Shown: one piece after another, positions 11,700-22,730 of the stretch
Layout of the letters: each line of letters opens with the position of its first letter
Position numbering within the stretch: the first letter of the stretch is position 1
Source of the DNA: Candidatus Latescibacterota bacterium
GTDB lineage: Bacteria > Latescibacterota > UBA2968 > SICM01
Reading direction: 5' to 3'
Assembly (NCBI GenBank): GCA_965217865.1
Contig: CBDCJO010000002.1
Location: forward strand, 5,056,001-5,120,000
DNA: 64,000 bases
The notes under the pieces: generated by a model
Databases searched by the model: none
Told to the model about the DNA's origin: nothing
What the model saw: the letters and a program-made list of their open reading frames with translations, nothing else
Program-made: the position numbers and the translations under genes

Positions 11700-13639
11700 G
11701 AAACTTTCGATCCCGGCTCGGCAGGGCCATCTGTGGTAATCAGCGTCAGACCGCCTTCCCCGTGCGCGGCCAGGAGCATTCCATCGGACTCGATTCCCCT
11801 GATTCGAGCGGCTTTGAGGTTGGACACCACAACGATCTGTTTGCCGACAAGGGATTCGGGGGCGTATTCTTGGGCGACTCCGGCCACGATCTGGCGCTTC
11901 GAATCGCCAAGGTCGATCTGGAGCTTGAGGAGCTTGTCCGCCCCGGAGACACGCTCTGCGGTAAGGACCGTGGCCACCCGCAGTTTCAGTTTTTGAAATT
12001 CGGTGATATCGATTTGCTCCATATCCTTTTGCTCCGTTCGTTTTCCGCCATCCAATGACTTTGAACTTTGAGGTGCACTATGAACGGGGTTCGTTGTCCC
12101 CTCGATGCGGGGGAAAAGGGCCTTTGATTCTGCGAGTTGGGAACCGGATTGGATTCCCCCCCAAGTTTTGACGGCATCCAAACCCTCTTTTTCCAGATCG
12201 ATCCGAAGACCGATCTGTTTCCAGATCTCCGAGGCCTTTCCGGGCATAAATGGAGTGAGCAGGATGGACAGATAACGAAGTGTCTCGAGAAGGACGTAAA
12301 GAACGGTCTCCAGATCCTCCCGTCTGGATGGATCTTTCGCGAGGGCCCAGGGGGCGTGGACTTCGATATAGCGGTTGGCCTCCCTGACGAGATTCCATAT
12401 CGCGTCCAATATACCGTTCAGATTGAGCTCGGGAATTCCGCGCTCGATGATACGGACGGTTTCCAGAGCTACCTCGCGAAGGGGTGAGGTCAGATCCCGA
12501 TCCCGGGGAGCTGGGGGGACCTTCCCATCCGCGTAGCGATTCGCCATGACAATCGTTCGGTTGACGAGATTGCCGAGGTCGTTGGCAAGATCGGCGTTGT
12601 ATCGGTCGATGAAACGGTCCATCGAAAAATTTCCGTCCTCGGTCGTTGGAATTTCACGGAGGAGGTAATACCGGAGACTGTCTGTCCCGTATCTTCGTGA
12701 CACTTCGACGGGATCTATGACATTACCGGAGGACTTGCTCATCCTTTGTCCCTTGTGGTTGTTCACGAATCCGTGGATGAAAACGGACCGGGGGAGGGGC
12801 AGCCCCGCGGAAAGGAGCATTCCGGGCCAGATCACCGTGTGGAAGCGCGTAATATCCTTTCCGATGCAATGGAGGTCGGCGGGCCAGTACTTCTGAAAGA
12901 GGGTGGACTCTTCCGCGTAGTCGACAGCAGAGAGGTAGTTGGTGAGGGCATCTCCCCACACGTACACGGTCTGCTCCGGGTCTTCGGGCACGGGTATTCC
13001 CCAGGGCAGAGATTTCCGGGTACGGGAGAAGCTGATATCTTTCAAACCCTCCCGCAGAAGGTTCAAAACTTCATTTTTTCGAGTTTCCGGGATGATCCTG
13101 AGTTCGTCCGATTTGACCCGGGAAGCGATTTCTTCAGAGTACCGGGAAAGACGGAAGAAATAGTTCTCTTCGTGAATCGACTCCAGCTCGAGGGTCGGGT
13201 GGAGCGGGCACACGCCATCCAGGATATCTCTATCCGTAAGGAATTTTTCACAGCCTGAGCAGTAGAGTCCTTCGTAGTATTGTTTGTATATGTCTCCGGC
13301 CGCCGCCATCCCGCTCCATAATTTTCGGACCGAGGGCCAGTGTCGACCGCGGTCCATGGTCCGGATGTAATCATCGTAACGGATGTTGAGAAGCCGATTG
13401 AGTTCCAAGAAGGCAGCGGTATTCTCTTCCACGAGATCTTCGGGGGGAACGCCGAGGGCTTTGGCGGTACGGTAGAGTTTAATTCCGTGTTCATCCGCGC
13501 CAGTCAGGAAACGGACATCGTATCCCGCCAGACGGTGAAGGTGCGCGATGGCGTCGGCCTGGATAAATTCCAGTGCGTGACCTATATGGGGCTTCGCATT
13601 TACATATGCGATGGCGGTGGTAATGTAGAACTTTTTCAT
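11696..13639 (-). CDS. metG: Methionyl-tRNA synthetase with C-terminal tRNA-binding domain
   Basis: HIGH, YVWGDAL.NY, IGKDI.RFH, RMSKS, C-terminal RGIESDGMLL OB-fold. Confidence 0.98.
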   Translation of the reverse strand: MKKFYITTAIAYVNAKPHIGHALEFIQADAIAHLHRLAGYDVRFLTGADEHGIKLYRTAKALGVPPEDLVEENTAAFLELNRLLNIRYDDYIRTMDRGRHWPSVRKLWSGMAAAGDIYKQYYEGLYCSGCEKFLTDRDILDGVCPLHPTLELESIHEENYFFRLSRYSEEIASRVKSDELRIIPETRKNEVLNLLREGLKDISFSRTRKSLPWGIPVPEDPEQTVYVWGDALTNYLSAVDYAEESTLFQKYWPADLHCIGKDITRFHTVIWPGMLLSAGLPLPRSVFIHGFVNNHKGQRMSKSSGNVIDPVEVSRRYGTDSLRYYLLREIPTTEDGNFSMDRFIDRYNADLANDLGNLVNRTIVMANRYADGKVPPAPRDRDLTSPLREVALETVRIIERGIPELNLNGILDAIWNLVREANRYIEVHAPWALAKDPSRREDLETVLYVLLETLRYLSILLTPFMPGKASEIWKQIGLRIDLEKEGLDAVKTWGGIQSGSQLAESKALFPRIEGTTNPVHSAPQSSKSLDGGKRTEQKDMEQIDITEFQKLKLRVATVLTAERVSGADKLLKLQIDLGDSKRQIVAGVAQEYAPESLVGKQIVVVSNLKAARIRGIESDGMLLAAHGEGGLTLITTDGPAEPGSKVS

Positions 13640-13692
13640 CGACTCAATCGTTTAGTAGGTTGATCAGGAACGTGAGATCCATTCGATACTTC

Positions 13693-13730
13693 CTTCACTT
13701 CAGTACGTTCGCTCAGGGAAAGACTTCGGC
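13693..13730. repeat. Degenerate REP-like palindromic unit (CCTTC...TTCGCTCAGG...CTTCG)
   Basis: Shares a TTCGCTCAGG core and flanking CCTTC/ACTTCG with 60156-60206; both copies are intergenic. Confidence 0.45.
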
Positions 13731-13807
13731 TTCGCCGCCAAGAGATGCAGCCCCAGGATAGGCCCTGGCTCTGCCGCCAACCCAGGACGGCGGAAGGAGA
13801 AGATGAA

Positions 13808-14902
13808 TTAATCCGAACTTTTCATGCGGGTGCGGCGGATCTGTGCCCATAAGGCCAACAGGATGAGGGATATGTTGACATTACGTCGATACATATCCCG
13901 ACATCTCTCGAGCTCCGCAAGCGTTTCAAACACCGCTTCCGGGTTCAAAGGGGGCGCCAATTTCTTTATATCCCGAATCCGGTCTTCGAATAGAAGACTC
14001 TGGGTGAAACCTTCCCTGAATAGAAATACATCCCGCAACCAGATCCCGATGGGCTCGAAAAGTTCTTCAATCGGATTTCGGTCTCTGGTCCATTTTTCGA
14101 TCAGGGGTACCACAGCCATGTCGTCCCTGAAGAGGCCGTCGTGCAAAAAGATATAGGCCTGGTTCCTGAGGTTTTCAACATCCTGGCCTTCCAGCTGGTA
14201 GGCTCTGGACAGACTTCCCTGGCAGAGTCTTGAAATGATGGGCAAACTGGCTTCCGGGATCTCTGTGGTGGCTCTCAGGGCCTTCCGGATATCCTCGGTG
14301 GAAAGCGGGTGGAACCTGATTCTTTGACACCTTGAAACGATGGTCGGCAATAGGGCATTGGGCTTTGAGGTGGCAAGAATCAAGATGGTATTTGGAAGCG
14401 GTTCCTCAAGAATTTTTAAGAGGGCGTTTGCGGACTCTCGGCGCATCCGCTCTGGTTCCAGGAAGATCGCCACCCGGCAGTCCCCTTCGTGCAGGCTCTT
14501 TGCCAGGTCCCTCTGCAGACGCCGGACGCGGCCAATCGGGATGGTATCAGAAAGCCCCGAACCGGGATATCGATACGGATCCCGGGAAAGTGCAGCCCTG
14601 ATTCGAACCTCCACCTCCGGATCGACATCTTCGTGCTCACCCCGTCCCCGTTTAGCAGGGAAGAGGAGGTGGACATCTGGATGTGTCAGTTTAATAATTT
14701 TTCCACAAGGAGGGCAGCTGCCGCACGGGTCCGGCCCCTCACTTTGGCAGTTGACGGCTCGAGCAAGGGCGAGCGCAAGGGGGGTCTTCCCGACACCTTT
14801 CGGTCCGGAAAACAGGAGGGCGTGCGGAATACGATGCGCCCGGACGGCTCGACGAAGGACCTCTTTGGCATGATCCTGGCCCAGTACGGAATCGAAGGAC
14901 AT
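13808..14902 (-). CDS. holB: DNA polymerase III delta' subunit
   Basis: HALLFSGPKGVGK, CG.C.PC zinc site, HPDV, ANALLK.LEEP, LLPTI.SRC. Confidence 0.95.
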   Translation of the reverse strand: MSFDSVLGQDHAKEVLRRAVRAHRIPHALLFSGPKGVGKTPLALALARAVNCQSEGPDPCGSCPPCGKIIKLTHPDVHLLFPAKRGRGEHEDVDPEVEVRIRAALSRDPYRYPGSGLSDTIPIGRVRRLQRDLAKSLHEGDCRVAIFLEPERMRRESANALLKILEEPLPNTILILATSKPNALLPTIVSRCQRIRFHPLSTEDIRKALRATTEIPEASLPIISRLCQGSLSRAYQLEGQDVENLRNQAYIFLHDGLFRDDMAVVPLIEKWTRDRNPIEELFEPIGIWLRDVFLFREGFTQSLLFEDRIRDIKKLAPPLNPEAVFETLAELERCRDMYRRNVNISLILLALWAQIRRTRMKSSD

Positions 14903-15001
14903 TATATCTTATTCTTGTTCGCGAATGATTGAAGACACGTAATTTCGGATTGAACTTTCTTACATTGAAGCAGTGATGCGGGAAAAGTCACGTGGTTTAA
15001 G

Positions 15002-15030
15002 AAACTACTTTTGTCCACCGGGCGTGTCAA
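15002..15030 (-). promoter_or_regulatory. sigma70-like promoter upstream of holB
   Basis: TTGACA-17 bp-TAGTTT on the minus strand. Confidence 0.5.
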
Positions 15031-15071
15031 GAGGGATGCGCTAATCGATATTAACTCAATAACCCGTCGAT

Positions 15072-15563
15072 TTACGGCCAGGGATCCTCGCTGATTCTCT
15101 TCAGCATAACGATCGCATCTTCCCCGGGATGGGCATAATAATTTTCACGTATGGCGATCTGCGAGAACCCGGCTTTTTCATAGAGGGCGATTGCCGGCGC
15201 GTTGGACATCCTAACTTCGAGCGTGATGAGCTTTGAACCCTCGTCCTTCACACGGTTCACTACGCTTGACAGGAGGAAAGTCCCCAACCCTTGGCACTGT
15301 ATATCGCGTCTGATGGCCAGGCTGGCAAGATGGAACTCCTGACGCACGAAAAAGCCCAGCGCGTAGCCGACCAGGAGATTCGAATTGTAAGCCACGATGG
15401 CGTACCCGTTGGGTTTATTCAGGACGTATTCGAAGTCGTCTCTTTTCCAGGGATGAGGAAAGGCTTCCTGCTCTATCTTCAACACCCTTTCAATGTGGTC
15501 AAAGGACATCGAAATGATATCGAGGGGAGGCTCGGGATTCATCTGTTCTGCGGCCTGGGACAT
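15072..15563 (-). CDS. rimI: Ribosomal protein S18 alanine N-acetyltransferase
   Basis: IEQEAFPHPW, LEVR.SN..AI.LY.K.GF, R.NYY...EDA; adjacent to tsaB. Confidence 0.92.
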   Translation of the reverse strand: MSQAAEQMNPEPPLDIISMSFDHIERVLKIEQEAFPHPWKRDDFEYVLNKPNGYAIVAYNSNLLVGYALGFFVRQEFHLASLAIRRDIQCQGLGTFLLSSVVNRVKDEGSKLITLEVRMSNAPAIALYEKAGFSQIAIRENYYAHPGEDAIVMLKRISEDPWP

Positions 15564-15624
15564 AGCACATTCCTCTCCGGAAGGTAGAATTCTGAATTCA
15601 CAATCCAGGATAAACCAAAACTTT

Positions 15625-16356
15625 TCATTCTGAATTCTGCACTCTGACCGTTCTGACTCCTGATTTCCGCTTTTCTTTCGCTTTTAGTTCAGCTTCAGAT
15701 TTCCTGAGGTAAACGGGTTCGACCCTCACCAGGTCCTCGGACTCTCCACGCTTCAGTCTTTGAATACCCAGCAATGCCACAAAAGAGGCCGACGGCCTGT
15801 CAAGTGGAAGGGGGGCGAATCTTGCATTTTCTCCGAGTGCCGCCACAATTTCTTTGCGATAGCATCTCGCCCCTTCCCCGGCAAAAAAGACTGACCCCGT
15901 CAACTCCGCAAGAAACATGGTGGGGGGGACAGCGACCGGAGCGATCAGGGTTGTGGGTTCTCCGGATGAGGTGTCATACAACGCGGTATAGATCTCCTTT
16001 TTACGAGCGTCAAGTGCCGGGCAGACAGGTATTGCCGCGTGCTTGAATTGAGAGGCCATGGCTTCCAGGGTAGAAACTGTGAAGAGAGGCACGCCCGCCG
16101 TCCAGCAAAGAGATTTTGCGGTTGTTAATCCGATTCGGAGGCCCGTGAAGGACCCCGGGCCAATTGAGATTGCGATTCCATCAAGATCTCCGAGCTTCAG
16201 ACCGGTTTCATCCAGGACATCCCGGATCATCGGCAGGAGCCGCTCAGCGTGATATGTCCCTATATTCAGGCTGCGTTCGCATAGGATAATATCCGCGTGT
16301 GCGATGGCGACGCTGCAGACGGATGTGGCCGTTTCGATCGCTAAAATGGTTGGCAC
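15625..16356 (-). CDS. tsaB: t6A37 biosynthesis protein TsaB
   Basis: ILAIETAT, H.E.LLP, GPGSFTGLRIG, DARKKE.Y, P.YLR; likely start GTG 16356. Confidence 0.95.
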   Translation of the reverse strand: MPTILAIETATSVCSVAIAHADIILCERSLNIGTYHAERLLPMIRDVLDETGLKLGDLDGIAISIGPGSFTGLRIGLTTAKSLCWTAGVPLFTVSTLEAMASQFKHAAIPVCPALDARKKEIYTALYDTSSGEPTTLIAPVAVPPTMFLAELTGSVFFAGEGARCYRKEIVAALGENARFAPLPLDRPSASFVALLGIQRLKRGESEDLVRVEPVYLRKSEAELKAKEKRKSGVRTVRVQNSE

Positions 16357-16465
16357 GTGAAATATCCGGATATAAACGATTGAGCGTTGCCCGAAGAGAA
16401 GCCTGGGCCCTGCTGTAGGACTGAATGATTGACCTTCCGTCCATACCTCATCCCGATGCTCATTA

Positions 16466-17584
16466 TCACAACAACCGGGCTTTCCGAACACAATCAGACA
16501 GGATCCGGATGCCTGTCTCGATTTCGTCGACGCTCGGGTATCCGAAGGCCAGTCTGACGTATTTCAGGTCGTGTCCGTAAACGTGGAAGGCTTTCCCGGG
16601 TGCGTATTCGACGCCTTTCGAGGATGCCAACTGCTGGAGAGCATCCATGTCGGTTTGCTCCGGAATCTCGACCCAGATGAAGAGTCCCCCGATCGGGTGA
16701 GACCAGGAGGCGATATCTCCCATGTGCCGCTGGAGGGAATTGATAACCGCATCGCGTTTTTTCTTGAGGATCCGACTGATTTTGGCGACATGGTCCCACA
16801 TATTCTCCCGGAAGTATTCCCCAACAATACAAGCAGCCAGGACACTGTTTCCCCCGTCGAACCGGCGTTCCAGGATGCGATCCATCAATGCCGGTCTTGA
16901 TAGAAAATAACCCAGACGTACCCCGGGGGCCAGGACTTTTGAGAGGGAACAGATATATATTACATTGTCGCTTCCATCCAGAGTGTAGAAGGCCGGTACG
17001 TGCCCGCCCCCGAATTTCACATCGGCGTAGCAGTTGTCTTCAACAATAATGGTGCCGTTTCGGTTTGCGATATTCAGGATCTGCTTCCTGCGTTCCAGAG
17101 GCATGACCGAACCGGTGGGGTTCTGATAAGTTGCCAGTATGTAAATGAATTTCGGCCGCCGATCTTCCGCGGCCAGTTGCCGGATCTTCGCTTCAAGGAG
17201 GTCCGGCCGCATACCATCCGCATCGAGGGGGATCCCCACCAGTTCTGCCCCGATCCTTTTGTAAGCACCGATGGTTCCGGAATAGGTGAATTCCTCCGTG
17301 ATGATGACGTCCCCGGGTTTTTCTGAAAACGTCTCGGCCATCAGGGTCACCGCCTGCATGGACCCTGTTGTCAGTGCGATATCATCCGGCGAGACGGTCA
17401 CGGCTTCACGTTTTGACTCCCGGGCAGCCATCACCTCCCGCAGTCCGACGTGTCCCCGGTCTCCCGGATAGAGGACGAAGTCGCCGCCGATCCTGGGGAT
17501 GGCGTGGATGGCGGCTTCAACGAGGCCTTCCGTGGGGAAGGAGCCTGGGTCAGGACGGCCGCTTCCGAATGGATATGTCTTCAA
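16466..17584 (-). CDS. PLP-dependent aminotransferase class I/II (LysN/MocR-like, no HTH); 5' start unclear
   Basis: YQNPTG, EDNCY, SLSKVLAPGVRLG, GGLFIW, RLAF. Confidence 0.85.
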   Translation of the reverse strand: MKTYPFGSGRPDPGSFPTEGLVEAAIHAIPRIGGDFVLYPGDRGHVGLREVMAARESKREAVTVSPDDIALTTGSMQAVTLMAETFSEKPGDVIITEEFTYSGTIGAYKRIGAELVGIPLDADGMRPDLLEAKIRQLAAEDRRPKFIYILATYQNPTGSVMPLERRKQILNIANRNGTIIVEDNCYADVKFGGGHVPAFYTLDGSDNVIYICSLSKVLAPGVRLGYFLSRPALMDRILERRFDGGNSVLAACIVGEYFRENMWDHVAKISRILKKKRDAVINSLQRHMGDIASWSHPIGGLFIWVEIPEQTDMDALQQLASSKGVEYAPGKAFHVYGHDLKYVRLAFGYPSVDEIETGIRILSDCVRKARLL

Positions 17585-18413
17585 TGGACATCCGAAAATA
17601 GGGGTCAGGTGCCGGGGGTCGGAAATGATGTTTCTCCCGAAATTCTCTCTTTACTTTCCGTTAGGGACGGCTACATCCCATCGTAATTCAGGACGACTTT
17701 TATCGCCCCGTCGGTTCGTCGGGTGAATATCTCAAATCCTCGTTGCACACGGTCGAAAGGCAATTTGTGGGAGATGATGGGCGAGACGTTCACGCGTCCC
17801 TGAACGATCATGTCCATTGCCAGGGGAATATCGTTCTGCATCTCGGGACCGACCGACCCGATAAGCGTGAGGTTTTGGCGGTAGAACCGGCCAAAATCAA
17901 AACGGTATACCTCATCATCCGGCACGCCGAATGCCAATATCGTTCCCCCTCTCTTCACCAGGTGGAGGCACTGATTCAAAGTTTCCTGCTGGTGTCCGAC
18001 TATCTCCACCACGAGATCTGCCATTCGGCCTTCGGTTACCTCCCGGACTAATTCGATCGCATCTTCCTTGTCCACGTTGACCGTATGGGTGGCGTGCATC
18101 TGTTTCGAAACCAGGAGGCGATAATCAAGCTTGTCGAGGGAAACGACCGTCTTTGCGCCCAGGTTGCTGAGGACATGTGTCATCAAAAGGCCCATCGGCC
18201 CATGGCCCATCACAACGGTATCTTTTAATAGCATGTTGGGAAGTTTTCGACAAGCCCACAAGACTGTGCCCAGGGGTTGGGACAAAAGGAGTTGTTCCTT
18301 CTGTGGAACGGTGAGGAGGGGGACGGTTCTGCCTTCCGTTGTCAGAAAGTATTCCGCCAGGCCGTTTGACTCTTCCGGGATGGCGATGACCGGATCGCCC
18401 TCCTTGAGCCTAG

Positions 18414-19939
18414 CAGCCTGTTGAAAAAGTGCGTTTATGCCAAGATGACTGTTGTCTTTCCTTGTGGTTTGGTCCTATGATATATCAGGTTCAAACTGAG
18501 AAGGGAGGACGAGCAAATGGCAATGGGAAAACGAGGACGACAGAGACAGGAAAACCTGTTCATCGCATCGAACACTTTGGTGAAATCTCCGGGTCATCCG
18601 TTCTACGAGAAGCTGAATCAGGTATTGGGGGCGAACGGCTTCGACGAGTTCGTCGAGGGGCTTTGCCAGCGGTATTACGCTCCTCATATGGGTCGCAAGG
18701 GCATTCCGCCCGGGGTTTATTTTCGGATGCTTTTGATTGGGTATTTCGAGGGACTTGATTCGGAACGTGGGATCGAATGGCGTGTATCTGACTCGCTGAC
18801 GTTGCGCCGGTTTTTGGGGTATGCCCTTGACGAACAGACCCCGGATCATTCCAGCCTGTCTCGCATCCGGCATCGGCTTCCCTTGGAAGTTCACGAAGCG
18901 GTTTTCAAGTGGATCCTGAGGGTCTTGTGCAAAGCGGGTCTGGTGAAGGGGAAGACGTTGGGCGTGGATGCTACGACACTGGAGGCCAACGCCGCGATGC
19001 GCAGCATTGTACGCCGTGACACGGGTGAAGGCTACCAGGCATTCCTTGAGAATCTGGCCAAGGCCTCGGGCATTGAAACGCCTACCCGCGAGGACTTGTC
19101 CAAGATCGATAAGAAGCGACCGAAGAAGGGATCGAACCAGGACTGGGAGCACCCGCACGACCCGGATGCCAAGATCGCTAAGATGAAGGACGGTCGCACG
19201 CACATGGCGCACAAGGTGGAGCACGCGGTGGATCTGGACACCAATGCCATTGTGGCAGTGGCGTTGTCGGGAGCAGATGAAGGAGATACCGAGTCGTTGC
19301 CCTGGACGCTGCTCGAGGCGCAGCTCAATCTCAAGCAGGTCGCGAAGGACGAAAAAGCTGCCAAACGTTTGCACAGACAGCGTATACGGGAGGTGGTTGC
19401 GGACAAAGGATATCATAGCAACGATGTATTGACCAGTCTGAAGCAAGGCGGCATCCGGAGTTACATTTCAGAACCGGATCGGGGACGCCGCAAGTGGAAC
19501 GGCCGACGAGATGAGCAGGCCGCGGTATATGCGAATCGACGCCGGATCAAGGGAGATCGCGGCAAGGTCTTGCGCCGAAGTCGTGCAGAACGGGTGGAAA
19601 GAACCATCGCTCACACATATGATACCGGTGGCATGCGCAGGTTGCACTTGAGAGACCGCGGCAATATCCTCAAGCGTTTGCTGATCCACATCGGGGGCTG
19701 CAACCTGGCTCTGCTCATGCGCAAAGTGATGGGCGTAGGTACTCCGAAGGCCCTCCAGGACCTGGCCAAGGCCTTGCAGCGTCTACTGCTCGTCCTACAA
19801 TCACGTTTGCTGCCCTCGGTCACCTTTTTAACCTCTTATCAGCGTCTCCTGCTCAATCTCCTTACCTTGATTTATCTGACCCGCACTCCAGGCGTCTTTT
19901 CCGTTTATGTGCGTTGAAAGGTAGTTCTTCAACGGGCTG
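18414..19939 (+). mobile_element. IS1182/IS5-like insertion sequence, copy 1 (1526 bp)
   Basis: Ends CAGCCTGTTGAA / TTCAACGGGCTG; flanks CTAG / CTAA; near-identical to 48149-49674. Confidence 0.93.
18517..19917 (+). CDS. IS1182-family DDE transposase
   Basis: DUF772-like N-terminus (SERGIE...PDHSSLSR), DATTLEANA, VADKGY, R..VER.IA. Confidence 0.92.
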   Translation: MAMGKRGRQRQENLFIASNTLVKSPGHPFYEKLNQVLGANGFDEFVEGLCQRYYAPHMGRKGIPPGVYFRMLLIGYFEGLDSERGIEWRVSDSLTLRRFLGYALDEQTPDHSSLSRIRHRLPLEVHEAVFKWILRVLCKAGLVKGKTLGVDATTLEANAAMRSIVRRDTGEGYQAFLENLAKASGIETPTREDLSKIDKKRPKKGSNQDWEHPHDPDAKIAKMKDGRTHMAHKVEHAVDLDTNAIVAVALSGADEGDTESLPWTLLEAQLNLKQVAKDEKAAKRLHRQRIREVVADKGYHSNDVLTSLKQGGIRSYISEPDRGRRKWNGRRDEQAAVYANRRRIKGDRGKVLRRSRAERVERTIAHTYDTGGMRRLHLRDRGNILKRLLIHIGGCNLALLMRKVMGVGTPKALQDLAKALQRLLLVLQSRLLPSVTFLTSYQRLLLNLLTLIYLTRTPGVFSVYVR

Positions 19940-20387
19940 CTAAGGGACCTCGATGCAGAAATTACACCGATGCATTCATGGGCGGAGAGGCCCGGGGGGA
20001 ATGGATATTCGGTCGGTGGATGTTCGTAAGCGAACGTCGCGATGTCGGAACCGCAGATCCCTGCGAGTTCAACCTTAACGATGATCGCTCCCATGGATTG
20101 GGGGGCAAGGTTTGGCGCGGGTACATCCACGATCTCGAATCGTTTCGGGGCGACGAGTTGGGCGGCTTTCATGATAAAACCGTGAATCGTGAATCGTTGT
20201 TCGTGGATCGCAAAGTCAAGCGCGCGAGTCTCGGATTAAAACCGAGGCCACGAAGGACGACCATTCTTTGGTTGGCTGGCACCCGGTACTGATCCTTGGG
20301 ACCCTTCTCGGGTATAATCGAGGGCCAATAACTCTGGGACGTATCCATAGGACCACAAAATCGAACCGAGGATAAAATATTTACCTT

Positions 20388-21392
20388 TCATGTTTTCAGT
20401 TCGTTTGTAATGACCCGAATTGTGCTGGAGAGGGACGCACCAGGCTCCAGGACGATAAGGCCCGCATCGACACCCTTCGGCTGGAGGTTGAAGGCGTCGG
20501 TGGTACACGTATAGGGTTCGAAACAGATCGACGCGCGACCTGGAGGCGTGTAGACGACGACTTGGAAAAAAGGGCCGTCGGATTCGACGACGAGCTCCAC
20601 CCCTGCACCCCGGTCCGTCAGCGTAGACCGCAACAGACCGTCGGGGTCGTTGACGACGTCCGTGAACACCGCATCGAACGTGGCTCCGGCCATCGATTTG
20701 CCAGCGAGAAGGTTTAGTGCCCCGTCGGCGGGGAGCAGGCGACCTGTCGGGAGGAGATCGTCCAGTTCCCAGAGCTTTCGAACCGGAACCCGCACCGTAC
20801 ATAACGCAGGATCACCCCCGGGAAGGAGTGGGGCCAAGAAGTAGGGGTGGATGCCGTATCCGACGGGCATGCGTGACGTTCCGACGTTTTCTCCCTTAAA
20901 AGCGTGTGTCAGCACTCCCGCTTCGAGGCCGATCGTCAATTCCGCTCTAAAAGGGAAGGGGAACTGGCGGTGAACATCTGGATGATCGGCCGAGTCGAAC
21001 GACAGGGTCAGGGAAGCAAGACCCGAATCAACGCTTTCGAGGACCCTCCACGGGCGGTTGTTCACAAACCCATGGATCGTGTTTCCACCCGGTTCAGGGA
21101 CGTCCATCTGATAGTTCTTCCCTTCGAATTCGAAACGCCCTCCCCGGACTCTGTTCGGAAAGGGAAACAAGATCGGGTAGCCGAAGCCCGAGGGGTGATC
21201 GGACAGGGAGCGAGGATCGGGCGGTGGCTCGAGGATGTCGAAGCGACGGCCGGAGAACTCCCGGGAGAATGCGATACAATTCGCCCCGATCGATGGAAGG
21301 ATCTTCGCTTCGGTCCGGGTCTCATCGTCGCGAAGGAGGTAGATTGTTTCTCCTTCAAACAGACCCTGTTGGACGGTGTATCGGTTGGACAT
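20388..21392 (-). CDS. Aldose 1-epimerase family protein
   Basis: PILFPFPNRV, IHGFV, GIHPYF, FDAVF, ICFEP; likely ATG 21392. Confidence 0.9.
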   Translation of the reverse strand: MSNRYTVQQGLFEGETIYLLRDDETRTEAKILPSIGANCIAFSREFSGRRFDILEPPPDPRSLSDHPSGFGYPILFPFPNRVRGGRFEFEGKNYQMDVPEPGGNTIHGFVNNRPWRVLESVDSGLASLTLSFDSADHPDVHRQFPFPFRAELTIGLEAGVLTHAFKGENVGTSRMPVGYGIHPYFLAPLLPGGDPALCTVRVPVRKLWELDDLLPTGRLLPADGALNLLAGKSMAGATFDAVFTDVVNDPDGLLRSTLTDRGAGVELVVESDGPFFQVVVYTPPGRASICFEPYTCTTDAFNLQPKGVDAGLIVLEPGASLSSTIRVITNELKT

Positions 21393-21427
21393 TTGACCAT
21401 TCCTCAAATAATCCGCATAGATCATTA

Positions 21428-21472
21428 ACGAATCACGAATCACGAATCACGAATCACGAATCACGAATCACG
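21428..21472. repeat. Perfect heptamer tandem repeat (ACGAATC) x6.4
   Basis: Read directly; abuts the stop codon of the 21468..22637 gene. Confidence 0.95.
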
Positions 21473-22637
21473 TGTTTAAGATTTCCAGCGCGGCTTTCAC
21501 GCCCGCACCTTCGTGAATTTTGGTCCCCTGGACCCGGATGGCATCCTCCAGGGCGGTGAGGCAGACGACGACATTGCGTGCCGAAGATGCGTGGCCCATC
21601 AGGCCAATTCGCCAAATTTTTCCCTTAAGGGGTCCCAAACCTCCTCCGATTTCGAGGCTGAAACGTTCAAGGAGATGCCGACGTACCTTAGCCTCATCGA
21701 TATTGTCGGGCACTCTCACGGTGTTAAGCGTCGGAAGTCGAAATGCCTTATCGACGAGCATCTCCAGGCCTAAGGCCTCCAGACCGGCGACCAGGGCCAG
21801 GTGGTGTTTCGTGTGACGGGCGATTCGATTGTCAAGCCCTTCCTCGTGGACAAGGACAAGGGCTTCGCGCAGGGCGTAGTTCATGGAAATGGGTGCGGTA
21901 TGGTGGTAGACTCGGGCTTCTCCCCAGTATTCCGAGATCATGGTGAGATCGAGGTACCAGGACTGAACCTTTGTCTTTCGATTCCGGACGATCTCCATCG
22001 CCCGGTCGTTGAAGGTTACGGGAGAAAGGCCCGGTGGGCAGCTCAGGCACTTCTGTGTTCCGCTGTAGGCCACATCGATGCCCCAATCATCAATCCTTAC
22101 ATCACAGCCCCCAAGAGACGTGACGGTATCGAGCAAGAGCAGGACTCCCTGGGAATCTGCAATCCGGCAAATGTCATCGAGCGGTTGGAGCACCCCGGTT
22201 GACGTCTCGGCGTGGACGATCGCGAGGAGTTTTGCCCCCGTTCCTTTTATCGAACCTTCAACATCCATAGGATTGATGGGCTGACCCCATGGGCATTCGA
22301 CGATGATCGGGGTTGCTCCACAGCGTTCGACAATGTCTTCCATCCTCGTTCCGAACACCCCGTTGATGCAGACTACGGCCTTGTCGCCCGGCTCAAGAAG
22401 GTTGACTATGCAGGTTTCCATGCCGGCACTTCCCGTCCCGGACATGGGGATGGTCAAGTCGTTTTTGGTTCGGAATACGAATCTTAGAAGATCCTTTACC
22501 TCCTCCATCATCTTCAGGTATTCGGGGTCGAGATGGCCCACGATGGGGGAGGCCATGGCGGTGTAGATCCGTGGATGGACATCCGAGGGGCCTGGACCCA
22601 TGAGGATGCGTTGTGAGGGATTCAGTTGGTCGTACAT
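21468..22637 (-). CDS. Alanine-glyoxylate/serine-pyruvate aminotransferase (class V PLP)
   Basis: [38 protein letters not shown]. Confidence 0.93.
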   Translation of the reverse strand: MYDQLNPSQRILMGPGPSDVHPRIYTAMASPIVGHLDPEYLKMMEEVKDLLRFVFRTKNDLTIPMSGTGSAGMETCIVNLLEPGDKAVVCINGVFGTRMEDIVERCGATPIIVECPWGQPINPMDVEGSIKGTGAKLLAIVHAETSTGVLQPLDDICRIADSQGVLLLLDTVTSLGGCDVRIDDWGIDVAYSGTQKCLSCPPGLSPVTFNDRAMEIVRNRKTKVQSWYLDLTMISEYWGEARVYHHTAPISMNYALREALVLVHEEGLDNRIARHTKHHLALVAGLEALGLEMLVDKAFRLPTLNTVRVPDNIDEAKVRRHLLERFSLEIGGGLGPLKGKIWRIGLMGHASSARNVVVCLTALEDAIRVQGTKIHEGAGVKAALEILNT

Positions 22638-22730
22638 AATTAGGCTCCTTGACCGGTGAAAAACTGAAATTCAGAATGAAATGGGAGTATGAAAAAGTCT
22701 GATACCCCTTAGCAAATGACTGCAAGATAA

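Larger units (their letters stand above)
17671..20172 (-). pseudogene. Zinc-binding (MDR-family) dehydrogenase split by an IS1182-like insertion
   Basis: N-part GICGSD..SAHECIG (19940-20172); C-part GHGPMG (17671-18413); removing the IS and one 4-bp flank restores an open 324-codon frame (..SRSLRLKEGDPV..). Confidence 0.9.

Noticed and set aside
14598-14612. tRNA T-loop-like GGTTCGAATC on the minus strand
   Set aside because: Lies inside the holB coding sequence with no cloverleaf
18475-19446. 323-aa antisense ORF in the IS, and other long antisense ORFs (2623..3642, 9712..10722, 41334..42359, 51300..52196, 53914..54933)
   Set aside because: Shadow frames opposite well-supported genes in GC-rich DNA, with no recognisable motifs
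20236-20391. 51-aa ORF (MKGKYFILGSILWSY...) coupled to the epimerase stop
   Set aside because: Could be a gene stub, but too short and motif-free to support
21428-21472. CRISPR array
   Set aside because: Contiguous 7-bp repeats with no spacers and no cas genes
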